From: Candidatus Omnitrophota bacterium
Lineage (GTDB): Bacteria; Omnitrophota; Gorgyraeia; B26-G9
Length of the DNA stretch: 47,884 nt
Direction: 5' to 3'
Assembly: GCA_018895275.1 (NCBI GenBank)
Contig: JAHIOQ010000125.1
Coordinates: 1 to 47,884 of the forward strand
Shown: positions 17,498 through 27,532 of the stretch, piece by piece
How the letters are laid out: each line of letters opens with the position of its first letter
Position numbering within the stretch: position 1 is the first letter of the stretch
Made by a program: the position numbers and the translations under genes
The notes under the pieces: model-generated
The model's database searches: none
Told to the model about the DNA's origin: nothing
The model's input: only the letters and a program-made list of their open reading frames with translations

Positions 17498-19072
17498 GTG
17501 CTTAAAATCAAACGCGTGTTAATCAGTGTTTCAGATAAGAACGGACTGGAAGAATTAGTGAAAGGCCTTAATGAATTCGGCGTGGAAATAATTTCCACGG
17601 GCGGAACGGCAAAACGTATCCGTGAACTGGGGATCCCGGTGCGCAATATCAGCGACTTTACCGGTATGCCGGAGATGCTTGACGGCCGCGTGAAGACGTT
17701 GCATCCGAAAGTACACGGCGCGCTGTTATCGCTGCGCGATAATACGCGGCATATGGAGCAGGTAAAACAGTTTGATATAGAATTGATAGACATGGTTGTT
17801 GTCAACCTGTATCCGTTCGAAAAAACCATAGCGGATCCGCAGGCGGCGATAGAAGAGGCAATTGAAAACATAGATATCGGCGGCCCGTCCATGCTTCGCT
17901 CCGCGGCAAAGAATGCGCAAAGCGTTGCGGTTCTCTGCAACCCGCAGCGGTATGATGAGGTCTTGCAGGAAATGAGAGACAATAATGGTGCGCTGACCCC
18001 GCAGACCTGCCGGCGCTTGAGTGTGGAGGTGTTTGAGCGCACCGGCGAATATGACCGTTCGATTGCCGCATATTTGAAAACAAAGTTTGCGCCAAGCGAA
18101 GAAAAAACAATTCTGCCGGACAGGCTTACTCTGGATTTTGATAAGGTGCAGTCCCTGCGTTACGGAGAAAACCCGCATCAAGCCGCGGCGTTTTACCGTG
18201 AACATGCAGGGGAAATGACCGGGGTTGTTTCGGCACGGCAGCTGCACGGCAAAGAATTATCCTTTAATAATATACTGGACCTGGACGCGGCATTGAATAT
18301 CGTGAAAGATTTCCGGGAGCCGGCGGCGAATATTATTAAACATAATAATCCCTGCGGCGCGGCAGTCGCAAAAACCCTGGACGCGGCGTATAAAGACGCG
18401 CTGGAATGTGACCCGCTTTCGGCGTTCGGAAGCATTATCGGATTAAACCGCAAGGTGGATATCGCTACCGCGCAGGCGATTTTAAATGCGGACTTTGTGG
18501 AATGCGTTATCGCCCCGGAATTTTTAGCGCAGGCGCTGGATATGCTGCGGAAGAAAAAGAATCTGCGTATTATGGAAATGGCCGGTTTGGGAGAAAACGG
18601 GGCAGCGGCACCGAAGCAGTTGGATTATAAACGCGTCAGCGGCGGGCTATTAGTAGAGGAAAAAGATACGGCGGTTATCAGTGAGGCGTCGTTGACGGTT
18701 GTTACAAAGCAGAAGCCTTCTCCGGAACAGATAAAGTCTTTGTTGTTTGCCTGGACAATCGTTAAGCATGTAAAGTCAAATGCGATTGTCCTGGCGCAGG
18801 GAACAAAGACGGTTGGTATCGGCGCCGGGCAGATGAGCCGGGTTGAGAGTGTGATTATTGCCGTGCGCAAGGCGCAGGAACGCTGCCGCGGCGCGGTATT
18901 GGCAAGCGACGCGTTTTTTCCGAAGCCGGATGCCGTTGAGGAGGCGAAGCGGGCAGGGATAAGCGCGATTATTCAGCCTGGAGGCTCGATTAAGGACCCG
19001 GAAGTTATCCATGCTGCGGATAATGCGGGGATTGCCATGGTTTTAACCGGTATCAGGCATTTTAAACATTAG
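17498..19072 (+). CDS. purH: Bifunctional AICAR transformylase/IMP cyclohydrolase
   Basis: LISVSDK, GRVKTLHP, IDIGGPSM, LRYGENPHQ and C-terminal RHFKH; GTG start after AAGGAG. Confidence 0.98.
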   Translation: MLKIKRVLISVSDKNGLEELVKGLNEFGVEIISTGGTAKRIRELGIPVRNISDFTGMPEMLDGRVKTLHPKVHGALLSLRDNTRHMEQVKQFDIELIDMVVVNLYPFEKTIADPQAAIEEAIENIDIGGPSMLRSAAKNAQSVAVLCNPQRYDEVLQEMRDNNGALTPQTCRRLSVEVFERTGEYDRSIAAYLKTKFAPSEEKTILPDRLTLDFDKVQSLRYGENPHQAAAFYREHAGEMTGVVSARQLHGKELSFNNILDLDAALNIVKDFREPAANIIKHNNPCGAAVAKTLDAAYKDALECDPLSAFGSIIGLNRKVDIATAQAILNADFVECVIAPEFLAQALDMLRKKKNLRIMEMAGLGENGAAAPKQLDYKRVSGGLLVEEKDTAVISEASLTVVTKQKPSPEQIKSLLFAWTIVKHVKSNAIVLAQGTKTVGIGAGQMSRVESVIIAVRKAQERCRGAVLASDAFFPKPDAVEEAKRAGISAIIQPGGSIKDPEVIHAADNAGIAMVLTGIRHFKH

Positions 19073-19117
19073 CAAAAAGTATTTATGAGATGAGTTCAAT
19101 GGAGGGCGGAAGGGTTC

Positions 19118-20464
19118 ATGACATACCAGGAAGCATTGCAATATTTGAATTCGCTGGAAAATTACGAGAACAATACGAACTATGCGTATGAAAACCTGCA
19201 GCTTGAACGCGTGGAAACGCTTCTGGAAAAATTAGACAATCCGCAGCATAAGTTTAAATCTATTCATATTGCCGGCACCAAAGGAAAAGGTTCGACATGC
19301 GCGTATATTTTTTCTATTTTAAAAGAAGCCGGCTATAAAGTCGGGTTATATACGTCGCCGCACCTGATTGATTTTAAGGAGAGAATCAAGATCAGCTACC
19401 AGGATGAGATGGAAGAAGCAAAAGGCCGTCTTATCGAGCAACATGAACTTGTCCAGCTGGTTGAGGAAATCAAGCCGCTGGCGGAAAAGATTCCCGGATT
19501 GACCTTTTTTGAGGTTGTGACGGTTATTGCTTTCTTGTTTTTCGCCCGCAAGAATATGGATTTTGTCGTATTGGAGACAGGCTTGGGCGGACGGCTTGAT
19601 GCGACAAATGTGGTGCGGCCTCTGGTCTGCGGCTTGACGAATATAAGCCTTGACCATACGGCATTGTTGGGCAATACGGTAGAAAAGATTGCCCGGGAAA
19701 AGGCGGGGATTATTAAGAAAAACGGGTTGGTGGTTACGGTTTCCCAGGTTCCGCAGGCCTGGAAAGAAATAAATGATGTTTGTAAGAAAAAAAACGCGCG
19801 TTTATACGAGATCGGCAAGGATTTCATTTTTGACGTAATCGGGCATAATTTAGACGGGAGTATTTTTGATTTCCGCGGTATTTTCGATTCGTATCAAAAT
19901 CTGCATATCCCGCTTATCGGGCAGTTTCAGCTTACAAACGCGGCCTTGGCTTTGGGGATTATTCATGTTTTGCGTTTGCATGATATCGTTATTTCGTCTT
20001 ATGCGGTAAAAAAGGGCCTGGAAAAAACGCATTGGCCGGGGCGTATGCATCTTATCCATAGGAATCCGTTTTTTGTTCTTGACGGCGCGCAAAATCCGGA
20101 TTCCGCGCATGCATTGCGCGCGGCGATTAACATGCTGTTTATCCCGCGAAAATCAATCCTGGTCCTGGGAGTATCCAACGATAAGGATGTGGAAGGGATT
20201 TGCCGGCATTTAGCGCGGCAGCAGAACCTTATTATCTTAACAGAATCCAATTCGCCGCGCGCCTTAAACGTGGATGCCTTGGAGAAAAGAATGCCGGAGT
20301 ATCAACGGGTTATTAAAAAGACAAAGAGGGTATATGATGCGTTAAAGATGGCGGTGGAAAATATTTCCAGCCGGGATGATCTTGTCATCGTTGCGGGAAG
20401 CCTTTATCTTGTCGGCGAGGCGTATACGGTATTAAAAGAGATGAGGATTCCCGATTTTGAATAG
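19118..20464 (+). CDS. folC: Folylpolyglutamate/dihydrofolate synthase
   Basis: HIAGTKGKGS, YTSPHL, ETGLGGRLDATN and WPGR. Confidence 0.97.
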   Translation: MTYQEALQYLNSLENYENNTNYAYENLQLERVETLLEKLDNPQHKFKSIHIAGTKGKGSTCAYIFSILKEAGYKVGLYTSPHLIDFKERIKISYQDEMEEAKGRLIEQHELVQLVEEIKPLAEKIPGLTFFEVVTVIAFLFFARKNMDFVVLETGLGGRLDATNVVRPLVCGLTNISLDHTALLGNTVEKIAREKAGIIKKNGLVVTVSQVPQAWKEINDVCKKKNARLYEIGKDFIFDVIGHNLDGSIFDFRGIFDSYQNLHIPLIGQFQLTNAALALGIIHVLRLHDIVISSYAVKKGLEKTHWPGRMHLIHRNPFFVLDGAQNPDSAHALRAAINMLFIPRKSILVLGVSNDKDVEGICRHLARQQNLIILTESNSPRALNVDALEKRMPEYQRVIKKTKRVYDALKMAVENISSRDDLVIVAGSLYLVGEAYTVLKEMRIPDFE

Positions 20465-20475
20465 GCAAATAAGTT

Positions 20476-21888
20476 ATGTTGAAAGATATGAATGATACGA
20501 TTGCCGCGGTGGCTACGCCTTTGGGCGAGGGCGGAATCGGAATTGTGCGCGTCAGCGGTAGTAAAGCCCTGAAGATAGCGGATAAAATTTTTCTTAGCAG
20601 GAACGCGGGAAAACCTTCGAAGTTTGCTTCGTTCAGCGTTCATTACGGATTTATTGTTGATATATCACGCGCAGGGAATAATCGTAGCGAACGGAAAGTC
20701 ATTGATGAGGTATTGCTCACGGTGATGCGCGCGCCGCGGACTTATACCAAAGAGGACATTTTAGAGATAAATTGCCACAGCGGGATTGTAGCTTTGCGGA
20801 AAGTGCTTGATGTCGTTTTGCGCAACGGAGCGCGTTTGGCGCAGCCGGGTGAATTTACGCAAAGGGCTTTTCTGAACGGCCGTATAGACCTCGTGCAGGC
20901 CGAAGGTGTTTTAAATGTGATCAGTGCGAAGACGGATATTGCCTTTAATTCGGCACTGTCTCAATTACGGGGCGGGCTTTCGCAGCGGATCAATGAGATT
21001 CGCGTGAAACTTATTGAGATTATTGCGCCGCTCGAAGCGGCGATCGACTTCCCTGAAGAGCCGCAGCCGAAGGCAAATAAAATACGGCTTATCGCGCGTT
21101 TGGAAGCGGTCAGAGAAAACGTGTGCCGGCTTATTGCAAACGCGGATAAAGGGATTATGCTGCAAAATGGCATAAGTGTCGTATTGGCCGGTGCGGCGAA
21201 TGTCGGTAAATCAAGCATTATGAACGCGCTGCTTGACTATGAGCGGGTTATCGTTACGCATATTTCCGGGACAACGCGGGATGTTGTCGAGGAAGTAATA
21301 AATATTGACGGCGTACCGGTAAGGATTGCCGATACGGCAGGGATTGAGGATAGTTCCTGCGAGATTACACAGCAGAGTATCCGGCGCAGCCTTCTTTTTC
21401 TGGAACGCTCCGACCTTGTTTTGTTCGTATTGGATGCTTCGCGGAAGTTGAGCGAGGCGGATATGCGGGTTGCGGAAAGGATAAAAGACAAAAAAGTAGT
21501 TGTGGTTATAAACAAGACAGATCTGGCGCAGCGGCTTGATATCACGCGCGTGAAAAAGACACTGCCGAAATCTCCGGTTATCCGTGTTTCCGCCTTGGAG
21601 AAAAAAGGATTGCCCGGTTTGGAAAAACAGATAATCAGGATGTTTTTTCGGGGAGAGATTAGTGCCGGGTCGGAGATGTTCGTTACCACGGCCAGGCAAA
21701 AGGAGGCCTTGGAAAACTGTTATCAGGCGCTTTTAAGCGCGGTTGAAGCTGCTCGCGGAAATCACTATGATGAATGCCTTCTCTTTGAGTTGAGGCAGGC
21801 GGTACATGCGGTAAACGATGTTATCGGAGCAAATATAAACGAAAACGTGCTTGATGCGATTTTTTCCCGCTTTTGCATTGGAAAATAA
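20476..21888 (+). CDS. mnmE: tRNA modification GTPase MnmE
   Basis: DTIAAVATP, GEFTQRAFLNG, NVGKSS, GTTRD, DTAG and FCIGK. Confidence 0.98.
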   Translation: MLKDMNDTIAAVATPLGEGGIGIVRVSGSKALKIADKIFLSRNAGKPSKFASFSVHYGFIVDISRAGNNRSERKVIDEVLLTVMRAPRTYTKEDILEINCHSGIVALRKVLDVVLRNGARLAQPGEFTQRAFLNGRIDLVQAEGVLNVISAKTDIAFNSALSQLRGGLSQRINEIRVKLIEIIAPLEAAIDFPEEPQPKANKIRLIARLEAVRENVCRLIANADKGIMLQNGISVVLAGAANVGKSSIMNALLDYERVIVTHISGTTRDVVEEVINIDGVPVRIADTAGIEDSSCEITQQSIRRSLLFLERSDLVLFVLDASRKLSEADMRVAERIKDKKVVVVINKTDLAQRLDITRVKKTLPKSPVIRVSALEKKGLPGLEKQIIRMFFRGEISAGSEMFVTTARQKEALENCYQALLSAVEAARGNHYDECLLFELRQAVHAVNDVIGANINENVLDAIFSRFCIGK

Positions 21889-21898
21889 AGGAAAAAGA

Positions 21899-22414
21899 AT
21901 GAGAAATATCGCGTTAGTCGGCTTTATGGGTACGGGTAAAACGACAATAGCCCGCAATCTTGCCCAAAGGCTGGATACTGAATATGTTGACCTTGATGCT
22001 CTCATCGAGCAGAAAGAGCAGATGGAGATCATAAATATTTTCAAGGAAAAAGGCGAGCCGTATTTTAGAAAAATAGAAAAAGAGGTTGTGCGTGAGATGG
22101 CGTCCCGCCAAGGATTGATAATTGCCTGCGGCGGCGGTGTTGTTTTAGATGAGGAAAATATTCGTAATTTGAAGGAGAACGGGGTGATCATTTGCCTGAG
22201 CGCGCGCCCGGAAATAATCATCGAAAGAACAAAGGCGTATAGCCATCGGCCGCTATTGAATGTTTCCGGACCGCAGGCAAGGATACAAGAGCTTTTACGG
22301 CTAAGGGCACCTTTTTACCGCCGGGCCGATTATACCGTAGATACCTCGGATTTGAGCGTGGAAGAAGTTACGGCAAAGATTTTAGACTGGATTAATAATG
22401 TTGGACAGGCATAA
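21899..22414 (+). CDS. aroK: Shikimate kinase
   Basis: GFMGTGKTT, GEPYFR, CGGG and RPLL. Confidence 0.96.
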   Translation: MRNIALVGFMGTGKTTIARNLAQRLDTEYVDLDALIEQKEQMEIINIFKEKGEPYFRKIEKEVVREMASRQGLIIACGGGVVLDEENIRNLKENGVIICLSARPEIIIERTKAYSHRPLLNVSGPQARIQELLRLRAPFYRRADYTVDTSDLSVEEVTAKILDWINNVGQA

Positions 22415-23526
22415 TGAATGAACAGGAGTGCTTTATAGCCTTAAATATGGCCGCCGGCCTCGGGCCGCTAAAGATCAAGCGGCTTTTGGATTGTTTTTTA
22501 AGTGCGGAAGCGGTGTTTAAAGCGCCGCGGCAAAAGGTTGCGGAAGTACTGAGAAGCGATTCTGCGGTTGTGGAGCAGGTGCAGAGTATTATTTTAAGCC
22601 GCGAATTTAATGATGAGATGCAGCGCATACGCGAACACGGCATACAAATCTTAACCATAGTTGATGAGGCGTATCCCTATGCCTTAAAACAGATTTACGA
22701 TCCGCCGCCGGTGCTTTATGTCGCCGGAAACTGCGATTTTTTTCGTAAGACAACAGTCGCACTGGTAGGGTGCCGGAGGGCAAGTTTTTCCGGAATGCAG
22801 CAGGCAGAGAGACTTGCCCGCGCTTTGTCGTCAAGGGGGGTATGCGTTGTCTCCGGCTTAGCGCGAGGGATTGATACTGCCGCGCACCGCGGCGCTTTGA
22901 CGGGGCAGGGCAGTACGATTGCTGTTTTGGGCAGCGGATTGTTGCATATCTATCCGCCGGAGAATAAGAAATTATACGCGGAGATTGTGCGCAAAGGAGC
23001 GGTGATTTCCGAATTTCCCTTTTGCATGAATCCGCTGCCGATAAATTTCCCCCGCCGCAACCGGATTATCAGCGGTTTGTCGCGGGCAATTGTGGTCGTG
23101 GAAGCCGCGCGCCGAAGCGGTTCATTGATAACCGCCGGCTTGGCGCTCAGCCAGGGACGGGAAGTTTACGCGATGCCGGGAACGGCAAATGCGGTTAATA
23201 CGCAAGGTACGAATAAACTAATAAAGGAAGGAGCGAAGCTGGTAGAAAACGCTGACGATGTGCTTGAAGAACTTCTGGTTGAAGGCGAAAAGATGTCGCG
23301 TGAGGACAGGCAGGATAACCTTTTGGGACATGGAACCGGAACGTTTGCGGATCGATTATTGGAAATATTGAATGAAGAACCGATGCATATTGATTGTCTT
23401 ATAAGGGCAAGTAATCTTGATAGCGCCTGTGTGTATAAAAATTTGCTGGAATTACAATTGAAAGGCATGGTTAAAGAGATTGAAGGAAAACGGTTTGTAA
23501 AAAAGGAGGGATGTTATGGAACTTAA
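22414..23526 (+). CDS. dprA: DNA processing protein DprA
   Basis: VSGLARGID..AH, FPRRNRIISGL and SGSLITA; C-terminal winged helix. Confidence 0.97.
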   Translation: MNEQECFIALNMAAGLGPLKIKRLLDCFLSAEAVFKAPRQKVAEVLRSDSAVVEQVQSIILSREFNDEMQRIREHGIQILTIVDEAYPYALKQIYDPPPVLYVAGNCDFFRKTTVALVGCRRASFSGMQQAERLARALSSRGVCVVSGLARGIDTAAHRGALTGQGSTIAVLGSGLLHIYPPENKKLYAEIVRKGAVISEFPFCMNPLPINFPRRNRIISGLSRAIVVVEAARRSGSLITAGLALSQGREVYAMPGTANAVNTQGTNKLIKEGAKLVENADDVLEELLVEGEKMSREDRQDNLLGHGTGTFADRLLEILNEEPMHIDCLIRASNLDSACVYKNLLELQLKGMVKEIEGKRFVKKEGCYGT

Positions 23527-23782
23527 GAATTATATGGAAATTGTGGTAGAGGAGGTTGTGGAAAGAGAGCTTTCATCCAGAGATGAGCCCTGGGCAAAAA
23601 GCAAGAAGGCCAAGCTGGATGTTATGGCGTTTATTTTGAACCGGCTGTCGGCGCGATATGTCGTTACGGATAAAGGATGGATTATGACGAAAATAAAAGA
23701 AACCGAAGTCCAGTTTCAGGCGGATATATTGCGTGAAATGGTTAAAGCCATAGAGGTTGTTAAGAAAAATCCACGGATCTAA
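23516..23782 (+). CDS. ComFB-family protein
   Basis: LKNYME..V, D..A..LNRL.ARYVV and C-terminal V.KNPR. Confidence 0.85.
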   Translation: MELKNYMEIVVEEVVERELSSRDEPWAKSKKAKLDVMAFILNRLSARYVVTDKGWIMTKIKETEVQFQADILREMVKAIEVVKKNPRI

Positions 23783-23792
23783 AAGGAAATGT

Positions 23793-24656
23793 ATGACGGA
23801 AAAAAACATTCAGCTTTTTATCAGGTTTGATGATTTATCGCCGGCAGAGCTGGCGGCATTCAATACGATATTAAACAATCTGTTGCAATTGCGCGGCATG
23901 GATTTTCGTCAGTACCGGCCGAAGTGTCTGCGGCGCAGGGTTACGGTCGGGATGCGGGATGTGAACCTGGAGGCCTTTGCGGATTATTTGAATTTTTTGC
24001 GAAAAAACCCGCAGGAGTACGATAACCTTTTGGATAGGATAACGGTCAATGTCTCTGAATTTTTCCGCAATCCGGAAACCTTTCTCGCGGTAAAGAGTAA
24101 AGTTATTTCGGAGTTGGCACAGCGGAAAACAAAGATGAACAGCCGAATTATCCGGGTGTGGAGCGCCGGCTGTGCCACCGGAGAAGAGCCTTATTCGCTG
24201 GCAATATTATTTAAAGAGTTTTTGGAAAGTTCACGGCTTGATTTAAAGGTGAATATCTATGCTACGGACATCGACAGCGGGTCTCTGGAAAAGGCACAGA
24301 AGGGATGTTATTCCCTTAAGGCATTGAAGGAGTTGTCCGCTTTCCAGAGGGAGAAGTATTTTGAAAAAACTGCCGAGGATGTTTATGCGGTCAAGCCGGA
24401 ATTGAAAGAGCCGGTAAAGTTTATGCGGCATAATATGATCAGCGATGAACCGTTGATGCGTATCGATATGCTTTTTTGCCGCAACGTGTTTATCTATTTC
24501 AGCCAGGAATTGCAGGTGCAAGTTTATAAAAAATTCGCTAAGGCGCTTGTTCCCGGGGGGTATTTTGTCGCTGGGAAAACGGAAATTATGATGGATGCCG
24601 GTGAGGATTCTTTCGAGAGAGTTGATATGAGCGAGAGAATTTACAGAAAAAAATAA
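23793..24656 (+). CDS. cheR: CheR-type protein-glutamate methyltransferase
   Basis: TVNVSEFFRN, WSAGCATGEEPYS, ATDID and CRNVFIYF. Confidence 0.95.
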   Translation: MTEKNIQLFIRFDDLSPAELAAFNTILNNLLQLRGMDFRQYRPKCLRRRVTVGMRDVNLEAFADYLNFLRKNPQEYDNLLDRITVNVSEFFRNPETFLAVKSKVISELAQRKTKMNSRIIRVWSAGCATGEEPYSLAILFKEFLESSRLDLKVNIYATDIDSGSLEKAQKGCYSLKALKELSAFQREKYFEKTAEDVYAVKPELKEPVKFMRHNMISDEPLMRIDMLFCRNVFIYFSQELQVQVYKKFAKALVPGGYFVAGKTEIMMDAGEDSFERVDMSERIYRKK

Positions 24657-24671
24657 GGTAAAGAACAGATA

Positions 24672-25448
24672 ATGAAGTTTCTGAAATACCTTGTTTCTTT
24701 GAAAATGGCGCTTTTCTTCGTGCATTGCAGCGTCCTGGTTATTTTTTTCGGCGCCTTTATAAGTAAAACACTGCGCTATGAAAGGAATTACCGGATTTTC
24801 CCTGGCGGGGCTATTATATTGCCGCATGCAGGGGGTAAAGTTGTGTTGAATGATTTTGCAATTGATTATTACCCGGGGACGTTTCAGCCTAAGGAGTACC
24901 GCAGCCGGGTCTGTTTGCCGGAAACCGGCGGGCCGATAAAAGAGTATGATATACGCGTTAATCATCCGCTGCGATATAAAGGATATTCTTTGTATCAGGC
25001 AAGCTTTGAGATTACCGCTGAGGTTGAAATAAAACTGATTCATGCTCAACGGGTTATTTGGGAAGGGGCCTGGCAGCCGGGAGATTGTCTGGGCATCCCC
25101 GGAAACAGCGACCTGCGTGTGAAATTTACGCGTTTTTTGCCTGATGTGTATGAAGACGAAAAGGGGATAAGGCAGGTGCGTATGGATGCGGTACGTAATC
25201 CGGCCATGGAATTACATATTTATAACCGCGGCCGATTAGTGCAGCAGCAGCTTGTCTTCTGCGACGGGCGAAAAAACAAACGAAAAGCCGGCGAGGAAGT
25301 TTTATTTGAATGGCAAATAAAGAATTTTACTACCCGGTCGGCCAGTATTCTGCAGGTGGTAAAAGATCCCGGGGTAGCGATTATTTGGACGGGATTCATA
25401 ATGCTTTTTTTAGGGTTAGGCATGCTATTGTTTAAAAGGCAATTATAA
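24672..25448 (+). CDS. resB: ResB/Ccs1-like cytochrome c biogenesis protein (short)
   Basis: HxSxLxIxxGA, VNHPLRYKGYxLYQAS and C-terminal KDPG..I.W.G. Confidence 0.8.
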   Translation: MKFLKYLVSLKMALFFVHCSVLVIFFGAFISKTLRYERNYRIFPGGAIILPHAGGKVVLNDFAIDYYPGTFQPKEYRSRVCLPETGGPIKEYDIRVNHPLRYKGYSLYQASFEITAEVEIKLIHAQRVIWEGAWQPGDCLGIPGNSDLRVKFTRFLPDVYEDEKGIRQVRMDAVRNPAMELHIYNRGRLVQQQLVFCDGRKNKRKAGEEVLFEWQIKNFTTRSASILQVVKDPGVAIIWTGFIMLFLGLGMLLFKRQL

Positions 25449-25470
25449 TTATATAAGAAGGGGATCGGGA

Positions 25471-25998
25471 ATGATACGATTGAGCGGTACGTTATTTGCG
25501 GTAGCGTTGGTATGTGCGGTTATTCTTGCTTTTGTTTTTCAGCAGACGGCGCCGATTATTGCCGAGCAGAAACAGATGCTTTTTGAACGGTCCTGCCGGG
25601 AAGTCCTGAAAGCAGACCGTTATCAGCAAAACGAAAAGCTTCCTGCCTGCTATAACGCGTTTGATGAAAACGGCAATTTCGTCGGATGGTGCGTAAAGGC
25701 CCAGGCAAAAGGCTATGGCGGAAAGATGGATTTGCTGGTGGGAGTCGATTCGCAGGGAATGGTTACGGCAGTCAAGGTTCTCGAGCATAAAGAGACTCCC
25801 GGGCTGGGCTCGCGCATGAGCGAGCCGGCCTTTATCGACCGGTTTAAGCAAAAAAATATTGAAGACATAGTGTTGGTAAAAGGCAAAACGGACAAAAACA
25901 TTCAGGCGATTACCGGCGCGACCATATCTTCCCGCGCGGTTGTTGATGCGGTGCGCAGTGATGTCTCGGCGTTGCTGGAAAAAATAAAGGAACAATGA
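25471..25998 (+). CDS. RnfG-like FMN-binding protein
   Basis: GYGG, HKETPGLG and the flavinylation motif ITGATISS. Confidence 0.9.
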   Translation: MIRLSGTLFAVALVCAVILAFVFQQTAPIIAEQKQMLFERSCREVLKADRYQQNEKLPACYNAFDENGNFVGWCVKAQAKGYGGKMDLLVGVDSQGMVTAVKVLEHKETPGLGSRMSEPAFIDRFKQKNIEDIVLVKGKTDKNIQAITGATISSRAVVDAVRSDVSALLEKIKEQ

Positions 25999-26621
25999 AT
26001 CTCTATCCCATATGTTTAAAACTTGAAAATATTCCGTGTCTGGTTATCGGCGGCGGCACGGTAGCTTTGCGTAAAGTGCGTGCGCTGCTGAAAAGCGGTG
26101 CGAAAGTAACGATTGTCAGTCCCCGATTGTGCCCGGGGCTGCGCAAGCTGGAGCAGAAGAAGGCCTTTGAATATCTTCGGGGCACGTATAAAAAAACTTT
26201 TCTTAAAAACATCCTGCTGGTAATTTCCGCTGCCGATGAACCGCAGGTGAATGCCGCGGCAGGGCGGGATGCCGCGAGTAAAAGGTTATGGGTCAATGTT
26301 GTTGATGACCCGGATGCTTCTAATTTTTATGTTCCGGCGGTTATGGAAAGGCACTCACTGCTCATTGCTATCTCGACGCAGGGTAATTTCCCCGGCCTCT
26401 CGAAGAAAATCCGGCAGGAATGCCGGCCGCTCATCGAGCGGTATGCGCGTAATTTGAAAACTCTCGGCCGCTTGCGGCAGGAAGTAAAGCGTGTTTGCAG
26501 GAGGAAAGGGGAAAAACAATTACTGCTTAAAAAGCTCCTGGATCCGCAAGTGCTGTTATTGATTGAAAAAAAACGTATACGCGGCGTGCCGGATCTTAGA
26601 AAGTATGTATGTGGAAATTGA
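25995..26621 (+). CDS. Precorrin-2 dehydrogenase/sirohydrochlorin ferrochelatase (SirC/Met8/CysG N-terminal)
   Basis: YPI.L, VIGGG.VA.RK, VNVVDDP...F.VPA and AIST.G. Confidence 0.93.
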   Translation: MNLYPICLKLENIPCLVIGGGTVALRKVRALLKSGAKVTIVSPRLCPGLRKLEQKKAFEYLRGTYKKTFLKNILLVISAADEPQVNAAAGRDAASKRLWVNVVDDPDASNFYVPAVMERHSLLIAISTQGNFPGLSKKIRQECRPLIERYARNLKTLGRLRQEVKRVCRRKGEKQLLLKKLLDPQVLLLIEKKRIRGVPDLRKYVCGN

Positions 26622-26690
26622 ATGTTGGGAATTGATATTTATAACTTATCCTTAATAAAAGATTTTTAATGACTTTGGGGGAAGGACGCG

Positions 26691-27506
26691 ATGTATTCTT
26701 TTTTGTTTTTGGCGGCAATGGTGTTTTATTTCATCAGCGCGGTTTTTTTTGTTATTTTTGTCGTTAATAAAAATTCTTTTTTATCAAAAGCGGCGCCTTT
26801 TCTGGCGGTCTGCGGTTTTTCGGCGCAAACGCTTAGCCTTGCCTTACGCACGCTCATGAGCGGGGTGCCGCCGCTTTCCAATCTCTACGAATCAATGGTC
26901 ATTTTTTCCTGGATGACCGTGCTTGTTTTCCTTCTCATTAAACGATTGTTCAAAATAAATATTGCCGGGGCGTTTATCTTGCCGCTGGTCTTCTTAATTA
27001 CGGGTTATGCTTCATTGCTTGATGACGCGGTTGCCCCGCTTATGCCGGCGCTGCGCAGTTACTGGCTGGTTATCCATGTTTCAAGCTGTTTTCTCGGCTA
27101 TGCCTGTTTTGCCTGCGCGTTCAGCTTAGGCCTGATGTATCTTTTACAGGAACGCCAGGTGAAATTAAAAAAAATCGGCAGATTGTTCGACCGCCTTCCG
27201 GCTTTGCACACGCTGGATAGGGTTAATTACAATATGGTGCTCTTCGGGTTCGTGTTTTTAACCGTGGGGATAATGACCGGATCAGTATGGGCGCAGCAGG
27301 CCTGGGGCAGATGGTGGAGCTGGGATCCGAAGGAGACCTGGTCGCTGATAACCTGGCTTATTTATGCGGCATATCTGCATGCCAGATTATCTTCCGGCTG
27401 GAGAGGCCGAAAAACGGCAATTCTTTCCATAGGCGGATTTGTGTCGGTTTTGTTTACATATCTGGGAGTTAGTTTTCTGCTTCCGGGCAGACATGCTTAT
27501 TTGTAA
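26691..27506 (+). CDS. ccsA: System II cytochrome c synthase CcsA/ResC
   Basis: WWD motif WAQQAWGRWWSWDPKETWS; LRSYWLVIHV. Confidence 0.95.
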   Translation: MYSFLFLAAMVFYFISAVFFVIFVVNKNSFLSKAAPFLAVCGFSAQTLSLALRTLMSGVPPLSNLYESMVIFSWMTVLVFLLIKRLFKINIAGAFILPLVFLITGYASLLDDAVAPLMPALRSYWLVIHVSSCFLGYACFACAFSLGLMYLLQERQVKLKKIGRLFDRLPALHTLDRVNYNMVLFGFVFLTVGIMTGSVWAQQAWGRWWSWDPKETWSLITWLIYAAYLHARLSSGWRGRKTAILSIGGFVSVLFTYLGVSFLLPGRHAYL

Positions 27507-27532
27507 AAAATATTTGCGCTGAAAGGGAGATT

